From a virus: a stretch of 64,000 nt of DNA. The stretch's first letter is position 1. Every line of letters begins with the position of its first letter. The stretch is from positions 40,464 to 104,463 of IMG/VR virus record IMGVR_UViG_3300043177_000122. One strand, given 5' to 3'. This document shows positions 17,931-26,068 of the stretch, one piece after another. The notes below the pieces were generated by a model. The model saw only the letters and a program-made list of their open reading frames with translations, did no database searches and was not told the DNA's origin. The translations under genes were made by a program, and so were the position numbers.

Positions 17931-18585
17931 TGAATTTTACCTATACCTTATCCGTCACGGTCAAACAGCAGTAAATGCAAAAGGTGATACTGTTGGGCAA
18001 ACTGCCGAGTCACCTTTAACAGAGAGGGGACAACTTCAGGCCCGCCTGCTAGGAGAGAGGTTAGCATATCAAGAGAAAGTTACTTTTGATAAAGTATTTG
18101 CTTCAAACTACGTTAGAGCACACGACACAGCCAGAATTGTTATTGGAGATAATCAACCGATTATTGTTGCCCCTGAACTTAGAGAGTATAGCGCGGGTGA
18201 CTGGACCGGTGGCACCAGAGATCAAATCTATAATGTCCCCACATTGTTACGCATGGCTGCAATGACAAACGCCTTTTTACCGCCTAATGGAGAATCGTTG
18301 CATATGGTTGAACGCCGAGCTTCAGTATGGCTCGAAGAAAACGTACTGTATAATAACTTAGTGAAAGAAGAAGCTAGTAGACGCCATGTAAAGAAGTTAC
18401 CATCTCAGAATATTTTTGTTTTCTCTCATGGGATGACAATTAAATGTTTACTTCATTATATTATGGGGTTTGATCAGAGTTTTACTTGGAAGATTACATT
18501 AGAGAATACTTCGATATCTAAGCTTTATTTTGATAATAAAGGATGGCGCTTACTCACCATTAACGACCACGCACATTTATTATGA
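17917..18585 (+). CDS. histidine phosphatase (phosphoglycerate mutase family)
   Basis: LIRHGQT, RA.DTA, LRE, GES, SHG motifs. Confidence 0.92.
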   Translation: MQDYNEFYLYLIRHGQTAVNAKGDTVGQTAESPLTERGQLQARLLGERLAYQEKVTFDKVFASNYVRAHDTARIVIGDNQPIIVAPELREYSAGDWTGGTRDQIYNVPTLLRMAAMTNAFLPPNGESLHMVERRASVWLEENVLYNNLVKEEASRRHVKKLPSQNIFVFSHGMTIKCLLHYIMGFDQSFTWKITLENTSISKLYFDNKGWRLLTINDHAHLL

Positions 18586-18592
18586 GGTCACC

Positions 18593-19111
18593 ATGGGAGC
18601 CCAAGAACGAAAAAGACAGAAACGTATCAAAGAATACGTTATTAATCGTGATGGTATGCTCTGCTGCTATTGCGATAAAGTGTTGACACCTGAAACTATC
18701 ACTATGGAACATATTGTTCCAGATAGTAAACGCGGCACTTTCAATACTACCAATCTTACCGTCTCTTGCTCAGATTGCAATAATAGACGAGGTAATAAGC
18801 CATTTTTTGATTATTGTAAGCAGTTCAATTGGCCAGATGATAAGTTGACCAAATATAAAAAGTTATATTTCAATAATCTAAGAATCAAAGTTCTTAATAT
18901 TGCAAAAGAAGAGTGTATGCAAGAAGATCAAGTAGTACCAATCGCCATCATCAAGCATGCCTGTCAGATTCTAAAAATCAAGGGCATGGACTTCTCTGAT
19001 TATGAGAAGATGTATCAGTTTGAAATTCGTTTCGATGAGAGTTGCGATAGAAAAAAAATCAAATATTGTTTTGAGCAATTGATTAGAATTATCGAATCTG
19101 ATAGTGTCTGA
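18593..19111 (+). CDS. HNH endonuclease
   Basis: RDG..CCYC, EHIVP, NL..SC..CN..RG. Confidence 0.85.
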   Translation: MGAQERKRQKRIKEYVINRDGMLCCYCDKVLTPETITMEHIVPDSKRGTFNTTNLTVSCSDCNNRRGNKPFFDYCKQFNWPDDKLTKYKKLYFNNLRIKVLNIAKEECMQEDQVVPIAIIKHACQILKIKGMDFSDYEKMYQFEIRFDESCDRKKIKYCFEQLIRIIESDSV

Positions 19112-19137
19112 TATATTTGCTTTATAAGGAGTTTAGT

Positions 19138-19425
19138 ATGTTGCAACCATTAAGAGATTTCATTGTCGTGACTGTAGAAAAAGTGAACGAAGAGAAGAAA
19201 GTTGGCTCGCTATACATGCCACAAACTATTGAAGAGAAGGTTACCACTGGCACAATTGTTGCTGCTGGTTCAGGTTATTTAACAGATAGCGGGACAGTAG
19301 TTCCCTTAGAAGTCAAGGCTGGTGACAAGATTCTCTTCAACAAGCAGATGTCAGTTGAAGTAAAGCATAATGGTGAGACTATGTACCTTATGCGTGAAGA
19401 GCATGTACTTAGTGTAGTGAGATAA
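19138..19425 (+). CDS. groES: co-chaperonin GroES
   Basis: LQPLRDFIVV, G.IVAAG.G, PLEVKAGDKILF, LMREE.VL. Confidence 0.93.
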   Translation: MLQPLRDFIVVTVEKVNEEKKVGSLYMPQTIEEKVTTGTIVAAGSGYLTDSGTVVPLEVKAGDKILFNKQMSVEVKHNGETMYLMREEHVLSVVR

Positions 19426-19485
19426 TTATGACCGATGAAGAGAAGAAACAAATAAGGGATGAGGTAATGGCGAAGGCTAGGGACT

Positions 19486-19815
19486 TTGGCTGAAAAAGCG
19501 GACAAAGGTCATGACGATCTAGCGGCTAAATACCCAATTGTTACTGATAGATTAGGGGGTCGTAACATGACTTATGCTAAAGATTTAGAGATGTATGAGT
19601 ATCGTATCTGGAAAGATACCGGTGGTCATCATCAGGCTTATCTAAATCGTAAATGTAATTTTGTCAAAGACTGTCCTAATCGCGCTGAATATACTCAACT
19701 TATTAGTGGGGATTTCACTGAAGGTTGTGCTTGTGAAGAACATAAAACTCTTTGGGATTATGCTAACAGTAAACTAGTCAAATTTATTTCCAATGTATTG
19801 AAACCATTCCTATGA
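19486..19815 (+). CDS. hypothetical protein
   Basis: About 109-aa ORF; start uncertain. Confidence 0.55.
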   Translation: MAEKADKGHDDLAAKYPIVTDRLGGRNMTYAKDLEMYEYRIWKDTGGHHQAYLNRKCNFVKDCPNRAEYTQLISGDFTEGCACEEHKTLWDYANSKLVKFISNVLKPFL

Positions 19816-21617
19816 AATCTTATCCATCAATTACTGAAGAAGTTAGGCAAGATATTTATATTTATGCTTTTGATAAATTAGACGGATCTAATATACGAGC
19901 TGAATGGAATTCCAAAAAGGGTTTCTATAAATTTGGTACCAGAACTCAACTAATGGATGAGAAGACTATGCCATTTGGACGGGCTATCCCTTTGATTCGT
20001 GAAAAATACGAAGAAGACTTGACAGCAGTTTTTAAAGAACAAGGTTGGAAAGATGCGTTGTGCTTCTTCGAATTTTGGGGTCCAAGTTCTTTTGCTGGCA
20101 ACCATAATTTCGAAGAAAAAATGGACGTGACATTACTTGACGTCAATCCATATAAAGAAGGTATTTTGATGCCAACTCAGTTTATAAAACTTTTTGGCCA
20201 TTTAGACATACCTAAGATTTGTTATGAAGGTTATGTTACAACTGAGCTATTCGATAAGGTAAAGCAGTCTACTTTAGAAGGTATGACGTTTGAAGGTGTG
20301 GTTTGTAAAAGCGTAAACGATAAAGCGACCAGGATGCCTATTATGTTTAAGATTAAATCAAAAGCATGGTTAGAAAAATTGCGCGAATATTGCAAAGGTG
20401 ATGAAAGATTATTTGAAAAGGTTATCATGAAAAAGAACGATATGGACATGTGGAAAAATTCTCAATTCATTAATGTACTTGGTCGTCCTGAAATTTCTGC
20501 AATGAATCTTGGAGCCCCCTCCTTATTCAAGGCGTTATTTGATAAAACTTCTGGCCATGTTACCGAGTTTTATCGTAAAGGGCGTGTTAAAGGAGTAGAT
20601 GATAATGAAGACCTTGCTAATGTTGAGCCTTTAAAAGTAAAATATCAAAAGTTTTTTGATAGCAAAGCGGGTCGTCTTATTTATAATTATTTAGATAATA
20701 AATCCATTTATCTATGGAAGGACGGTATTGTAGAGTTTACTGTTAGTGGAAATTATGTTTCCGTGCATGTATTATCTCACAATCAAAAGTTTGCGGAAGA
20801 AGTACGCGATTACTTCAAATCACAATGGGCATTGCCTGATAAGAAGGGGCACATCTATGCCATTGTTCGTAATGGCATGCATCTTGGGTTGAATAGTATT
20901 GGTGATGCAGGTATTCCTTTGGTAGAGGATAACTACACTCCAACGGTACAAGAAGATTATAAATATGCTATCAATGATTTGAATTCTGATAGTCCATCTG
21001 GTCGTATTGTTATCATGCGCGGTCCTGCTGGAACTGGCAAAACTCACTTGATTCGTGCTATGTTGCTTCAGGTGCCAGATGCAATGTTCGTTTTAATTTC
21101 TCCTGAAGTAGTCACTAACCTTGCTGGTCCAGAGCTATTGCCTTTGTTAATGAACTATCGTGGAGGTTCAACTGGCCCTATTGTTTTAGTCCTTGAAGAC
21201 GCAGATCGTTGCCTAGTTACTCGTGGTGATGAAAACATGAGCCTTATTCAATCGTTATTGAATTTGGGCGATGGTATTCTTGGTTCTATGTTGGATATTC
21301 GTATTGTGGCGACCACAAATGCTGAAGAATTGAAACTAGATAAAGCCGTCACTCGTCCTGGTCGTTTAAGCAAAATGCTCAATGTAAATACATTAGATCC
21401 TCTTACGGCACAACGTATTTTCCGTCGTTTATTGCCGGACACAGCATTTCCTGTTGAAATTAATGGATCGACAAATCCAAAGGATTTCAATGTCACTCTA
21501 GCTGAAGTATATGCTTTAGCTCGTAAAAATGGATGGAAAGCAGCGCCACGCAAAGTGGTAGACGATATCGATGACAATGATATCGATGACAATGATATGG
21601 ATGATTGGGACGAATAA
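19812..21617 (+). CDS. RNA-ligase-like nucleotidyltransferase fused to an AAA ATPase
   Basis: N-terminal KLDGSN, FFEF, EGVV, FKIK; C-terminal GPAGTGKT, LVLEDAD, ATTN, RPGR; acidic tail. Confidence 0.8.
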   Translation: MKSYPSITEEVRQDIYIYAFDKLDGSNIRAEWNSKKGFYKFGTRTQLMDEKTMPFGRAIPLIREKYEEDLTAVFKEQGWKDALCFFEFWGPSSFAGNHNFEEKMDVTLLDVNPYKEGILMPTQFIKLFGHLDIPKICYEGYVTTELFDKVKQSTLEGMTFEGVVCKSVNDKATRMPIMFKIKSKAWLEKLREYCKGDERLFEKVIMKKNDMDMWKNSQFINVLGRPEISAMNLGAPSLFKALFDKTSGHVTEFYRKGRVKGVDDNEDLANVEPLKVKYQKFFDSKAGRLIYNYLDNKSIYLWKDGIVEFTVSGNYVSVHVLSHNQKFAEEVRDYFKSQWALPDKKGHIYAIVRNGMHLGLNSIGDAGIPLVEDNYTPTVQEDYKYAINDLNSDSPSGRIVIMRGPAGTGKTHLIRAMLLQVPDAMFVLISPEVVTNLAGPELLPLLMNYRGGSTGPIVLVLEDADRCLVTRGDENMSLIQSLLNLGDGILGSMLDIRIVATTNAEELKLDKAVTRPGRLSKMLNVNTLDPLTAQRIFRRLLPDTAFPVEINGSTNPKDFNVTLAEVYALARKNGWKAAPRKVVDDIDDNDIDDNDMDDWDE

Positions 21618-21663
21618 TTATGCATAAATAGACAATCTTATAGGCAGATTGTCCGGAGTATTT

Positions 21664-21903
21664 ATGCAATCAGGCGAACTAATCGTAATAGGAAATGGTG
21701 AAGTAACAATTACCTTGCGTGAATGTCCTAGTGGTATAAAGTGCCGCTTTAGGCACGAGCATCATATTATTCCGTGCAATCCTCAGCATAGCGACTCTTT
21801 AGAATACGAAATACGTCTAAGCCGTAAACACAAAGGCTACGTACTAGTTATTAAGTGGCAAGTATCAGGAGTTCGTGAGATTATTTGGCACGCTCACTAC
21901 TAA
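21664..21903 (+). CDS. small beta-rich protein, paralog of the next gene
   Basis: MQSGELIVIG...IKWQVSGVREIIW. Confidence 0.7.
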   Translation: MQSGELIVIGNGEVTITLRECPSGIKCRFRHEHHIIPCNPQHSDSLEYEIRLSRKHKGYVLVIKWQVSGVREIIWHAHY

Positions 21904-21912
21904 GGATATTAG

Positions 21913-22206
21913 ATGCAAAATGGCACATTAACTGTAACTGGACATGGTGAAACCGAATTACCATTGCGTAGTTGGCCGCGTGAGGTAATTGTTTATTTCA
22001 AGCCGGTCTCAGACCCAAACCCTTGCGATCATCACCATCCTCACCACGACCATCGTGATCACGTGTCACATCACATTAGACATGAAGATGAAGATCGTAA
22101 GAAACATCCGAAACCAGGCCATCATCATCATGATCGTAAATATCTCTTAGAGATTAAGTGGAAGGTTGTTGGAGTAAGAGAGATTCTTTGGTTTGTAATC
22201 TACTAA
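21913..22206 (+). CDS. His-rich small protein, paralog of the previous gene
   Basis: MQNGTLTVTG...HHHPHHDH...IKWKVVGVREILW. Confidence 0.75.
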   Translation: MQNGTLTVTGHGETELPLRSWPREVIVYFKPVSDPNPCDHHHPHHDHRDHVSHHIRHEDEDRKKHPKPGHHHHDRKYLLEIKWKVVGVREILWFVIY

Positions 22207-22215
22207 GGTGATTGA

Positions 22216-23178
22216 ATGAAGGTTCTTGTATATGGATGGTATCACCAATTAAATATTGGTGATGAGCTATTCGTAGACGCATTTCGGAAACTATTTCCGG
22301 ACTTTCAGTTTACCTTTCATGAAAAAGTAAGTGTCAAAAATTTAGAAGGGGTAGATGCTGTCTTTTTTGGAGGCGGCTCTTTTCTTTTAGGCAAACCAGA
22401 AATTACTGAAGACGCCCTTAAGATAATCAAAACCAAACCAATTTTTTATATTGGTGTAGGTGTTGAATCAGATATCCACCCATTACATATGGAGCTAATT
22501 GCTTTGGCAAAGCTTATTGCAACGCGCTCCCCCGATCAAGTAGATAGGCTTAAGTCTATTAATACTAATGTGATGTGGATCCCTGATTTAGTATATTCTT
22601 TACAGAATGATGTTCAACTTAGCAATAAGTTGAATCGTTCTGTTTTGGTTTTACCTAATATCTCTGTTGTTCCTAATCATTTGCATCCATATTGGATGCA
22701 TGCATCTTGGAACCATTTCAAATCAGAATTTTCTCAGTTTTTAGATGTTTTAGTTCAAGAAGGATATAAGTTAGACTTTTTATCTATGTGTCGAGGTCAT
22801 CAGGTTAATGATGATTGGGCCGGGGGCGAAATTATTAGTCATATGACTCGCCGAGGTAAGTATTTGCTTAAAGATCAGTCAATGGGTATTGGGCATGTAA
22901 CTAGCGTTATTTCCCAATATAGCCTGGTGATTACCCAAAGATTCCATGGAATAGTTTTAGCCGAAATGACTAGGACACCATATATTGCACTTCATCATCA
23001 TGATAAATTAAAGTTTACTCAGCCGCGTAATGGTTATTTTTTATCATACTATAGTTGCTCAAAACAATTACTCATTGATTCATTTGATCAAACGATTAAA
23101 ATGAAATTTACTAATGCCCTACCAATAGAATCAGATATCTACAAGACTCTTGTGGAAAGAGTGAGGAGTCTATTATAA
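22216..23178 (+). CDS. polysaccharide pyruvyl transferase family protein
   Basis: YGWY...NIGD, GGGS, PDLV, RFHG motifs. Confidence 0.85.
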   Translation: MKVLVYGWYHQLNIGDELFVDAFRKLFPDFQFTFHEKVSVKNLEGVDAVFFGGGSFLLGKPEITEDALKIIKTKPIFYIGVGVESDIHPLHMELIALAKLIATRSPDQVDRLKSINTNVMWIPDLVYSLQNDVQLSNKLNRSVLVLPNISVVPNHLHPYWMHASWNHFKSEFSQFLDVLVQEGYKLDFLSMCRGHQVNDDWAGGEIISHMTRRGKYLLKDQSMGIGHVTSVISQYSLVITQRFHGIVLAEMTRTPYIALHHHDKLKFTQPRNGYFLSYYSCSKQLLIDSFDQTIKMKFTNALPIESDIYKTLVERVRSLL

Positions 23179-23181
23179 TGG

Positions 23182-24471
23182 TTGGTGCAAATGGCGCGTT
23201 TTATTGGGGTGAAACATAATCGCATTTGTGTGGTATCGGATAATATATTCAATAATTCTGGGTTGGAAATTATTGAAGTTCCATCGGAATTGCTCCATTT
23301 ATCAGCGGCTGACTTAATGATTAATTGTGTTGTCAGAAATGGTCAGATTGTATGTAAGTGTTCTAAAAAGCCAGTTAGCCAAATTAAATTAGCTTTAGTT
23401 GGTAATTGGAAAATGAGATGTGGGATAGCTACGTATTCAGAAAATCTTTGGCCGGAAGTCGCTAAACATGTTGGCGACTTTAAGCTTTTTATAGAAAAGA
23501 ATGATATTACTACCGGTGATGTACATCAGTTTGGTGACAGGTTATTATCAGAATCTCAGGTTGCGTCTTGCTGGAAGCGTGGCGAATCTTTACAAGATTT
23601 GACCAAAGCTCTTAAAGAGTATCAACCAGATATTATTTGGATTCAACATGAATTTGGTTTATGGCCAAATGCTAGTTACTGGTTATCTATGATGAGTCGG
23701 TTATCAGATTATCGTGTAATTGTAACTATGCACTCCATTTTTCACCATAAAGACAAAACAATTGTGGAAGCGGCAATGCCAGAAATTGTTGCTCATTTAG
23801 AGGGCGGCCGTAAACTTCTCAAAGAAGAGAAGTGCATTACTTCCAAGGTACATGTAATTCCGCATGGCTGTTATAAGCTCGATAATGAGCGATTATGGAA
23901 TTTCTACAAATCTGACAAGACATTCTTGCAGTTCGGGTTTGGGTTCCGTTACAAAGGCTGGGAGAATTCTATAAAAGCTACCGCCATCCTTAAAGAAAAG
24001 TATCCTGACGTTTTCTTCACTGGTTTATTCTCTGAATCACCATACGCTAAGCTTGAGCATCAAGTGTACTACAACGAGCTAATGAATCTAATTAATGAAC
24101 TAGGAATACAAGAGAATGTTGCCTTGTTGCGCGGTTACCAGTCAGATGAAGTATTAGATAGTTTCTTACGAACAAATCAAGCCACTATTTTCCCGTATGT
24201 ATCTCATCCTAATCATGAAGTGTTCGGAGCATCTGGAGCTGCTAGAATGGCCATGTCAAAAGGATTGCCAGTTGTAACATCTTCCGTTAATCATTTCTCA
24301 GATTTACCAACGATAAAAGCAGATACACCAGAAGATATTGCAAAGGCCCTGGAAAAGATTTTCACGTCCTACAAAGCAAAAGAAAAACAACTTCAAGTTC
24401 AAATGGCCTATCTTAATGAAAATACTTGGGAAAAAATTGGTCAGCGCTATATTGATATTTTTGAGGAGTGA
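23182..24471 (+). CDS. GT-B (GT4-like) glycosyltransferase
   Basis: CGIATY, IQHEFG, VT.H, VIPHG, FGF...KG, SGA...A...G.PVV. Confidence 0.85.
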   Translation: MVQMARFIGVKHNRICVVSDNIFNNSGLEIIEVPSELLHLSAADLMINCVVRNGQIVCKCSKKPVSQIKLALVGNWKMRCGIATYSENLWPEVAKHVGDFKLFIEKNDITTGDVHQFGDRLLSESQVASCWKRGESLQDLTKALKEYQPDIIWIQHEFGLWPNASYWLSMMSRLSDYRVIVTMHSIFHHKDKTIVEAAMPEIVAHLEGGRKLLKEEKCITSKVHVIPHGCYKLDNERLWNFYKSDKTFLQFGFGFRYKGWENSIKATAILKEKYPDVFFTGLFSESPYAKLEHQVYYNELMNLINELGIQENVALLRGYQSDEVLDSFLRTNQATIFPYVSHPNHEVFGASGAARMAMSKGLPVVTSSVNHFSDLPTIKADTPEDIAKALEKIFTSYKAKEKQLQVQMAYLNENTWEKIGQRYIDIFEE

Positions 24472-24548
24472 AATTACTGATAAAAAACGATATGACCTAT
24501 GAAATTAATGATATAGGGTGATTGACAGACAATTACATAGGAGAAATC

Positions 24549-25508
24549 ATGTCAACCTCAAATTACACCCTAGAAATTATTAGCCACCACCCAAAATTTA
24601 ATAACAAGTCCCTTCGCAAATACTACGTTGATGGAATTGAAACGGTAGGTGTTTGGGGCGATGAGCCATTCGAAATTCGTTTTAAAAATAATACTTGGCA
24701 AAAAGTTCAAGTAAAGATTACATTAGATGGTACCGATATTTTAACCGGCAAACCAGGAGATACTGAAGTCTCTAAGGATATGTGGGTAGTTAATGGATAT
24801 GGCACTCTCAACCTTAAAGCCTGGCCAGAAGATAATAATGGTGGAGCTGGTTTTGTTTTTACAAGCGCCAACAATAGCGTAGCAGTACATACTCATGGTG
24901 ATATGTCTAGTCGTGGCATTATTGCTGCGGCTGTTTTCGTAGAAGGACATGTTGAGCCTATTAGACTTACCTATACTCCACCAATCTACGAAACGCATCA
25001 CCACCACCATCACTATGAGAGACGTAAGTGTTCCGACCATTTTTATAGTCCAATTTGGATTGGTGGCACAGGCGGTACTACTTATGGGTCTAGTACGGGC
25101 GGATTTGTTGGTGGCACCTTATCTTCAAATACTATCAGCTTAAACAGTGTTCAGCCTGCCGCATCATCCGCATCAGTTGATTGCTACATGAACGAGGTAT
25201 GTGATTCAGATTCTCGTGGACTAGATAGTTTAGTTTCTGTTGGGGCCGGTACTCATGTTGATCAAAAGATTGTAGAGGTTGCTGGACTGATTAAGCCAAC
25301 CTTTACTGAAACTATCAGAGTAAAATATATGTGGTGGGATGATTTACAAGCTAAGTTACGTACTGGTACTCGGGCTAAGCCACAACCTTCAGGATTCCCT
25401 GGAGACCACAATAAAAAGAATATTGATCTAAAGGGAACTCCACGTATTGGAGAGAAGCCTGGATCATTTCGTCGAGTAGAACAACCACAAGTGTTTGATC
25501 GATTCTAA
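24549..25508 (+). CDS. conserved phage hypothetical protein with a His6 tract
   Basis: AGGAG RBS; 319-aa ORF. Confidence 0.8.
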   Translation: MSTSNYTLEIISHHPKFNNKSLRKYYVDGIETVGVWGDEPFEIRFKNNTWQKVQVKITLDGTDILTGKPGDTEVSKDMWVVNGYGTLNLKAWPEDNNGGAGFVFTSANNSVAVHTHGDMSSRGIIAAAVFVEGHVEPIRLTYTPPIYETHHHHHHYERRKCSDHFYSPIWIGGTGGTTYGSSTGGFVGGTLSSNTISLNSVQPAASSASVDCYMNEVCDSDSRGLDSLVSVGAGTHVDQKIVEVAGLIKPTFTETIRVKYMWWDDLQAKLRTGTRAKPQPSGFPGDHNKKNIDLKGTPRIGEKPGSFRRVEQPQVFDRF

Positions 25509-25516
25509 TTCGACCT

Positions 25517-25545
25517 TGAGGCGAAATGGTTTCGCCTCATTTTTT
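25517..25545 (+). terminator. intrinsic terminator
   Basis: tgaggcgaaa-tgg-tttcgcctca followed by T6. Confidence 0.85.
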
Positions 25546-25557
25546 ATTGGATGCGCC

Positions 25558-25585
25558 TTGACAGCGCATTCGTAGAAATTATATT
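25558..25585 (+). promoter_or_regulatory. sigma70-like promoter
   Basis: TTGACA-16nt-TATATT. Confidence 0.65.
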
Positions 25586-25605
25586 TGAAGCACGAGGTAA
25601 ATTTC

Positions 25606-26068
25606 ATGTGGCTTTTATTTCAAAGCAAGAACAGATGCAATTAAATCTTGAGCAACTAAAAGTTGTGGCTGTTTAACTGGTGATTTGATTTCATCTGGAA
25701 ATAAACTATCAAATAATTTGGGAGCCATTAATTTAGTAAGAAGGCACTACAAACATAATGCAAAGAAAAGGGATTTAATTTTCAAGTTATCAGAAAAAGA
25801 ATTTGAAAATTTCATATTTGGGAATTGTCATTATTGTGGGGCTGAGCCCAAATTAGTGAAATTTGCTAGTAGCTCTGAAAATAGAAGAGATAAAGAGATT
25901 ATCTATAATGGTATAGATAGGATTAATAATTCTGTAGGATATGTATTGTCTAATTGTGTTACATGCTGTTCAATTTGTAATACAGCTAAATCTGATCTTT
26001 CATTTGAAGAATTTAATGATTGGATAAAAAGATTAGTGAGATATAATGGCCAACAAAAAAGTTTCTAA
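25606..26068 (+). pseudogene. HNH homing endonuclease with a damaged 5' part
   Basis: ...RTDAIKS*ATKSCGC (TGA at 25649 where Gly is expected); intact C-terminal CHYCG, GIDRINN..GY...N...CC..CN..K. Confidence 0.7.

Noticed and set aside
21563..21605. 15-nt repeats gatatcgatgacaat
   Set aside because: They simply encode the acidic DDNDI tail of the ATPase.
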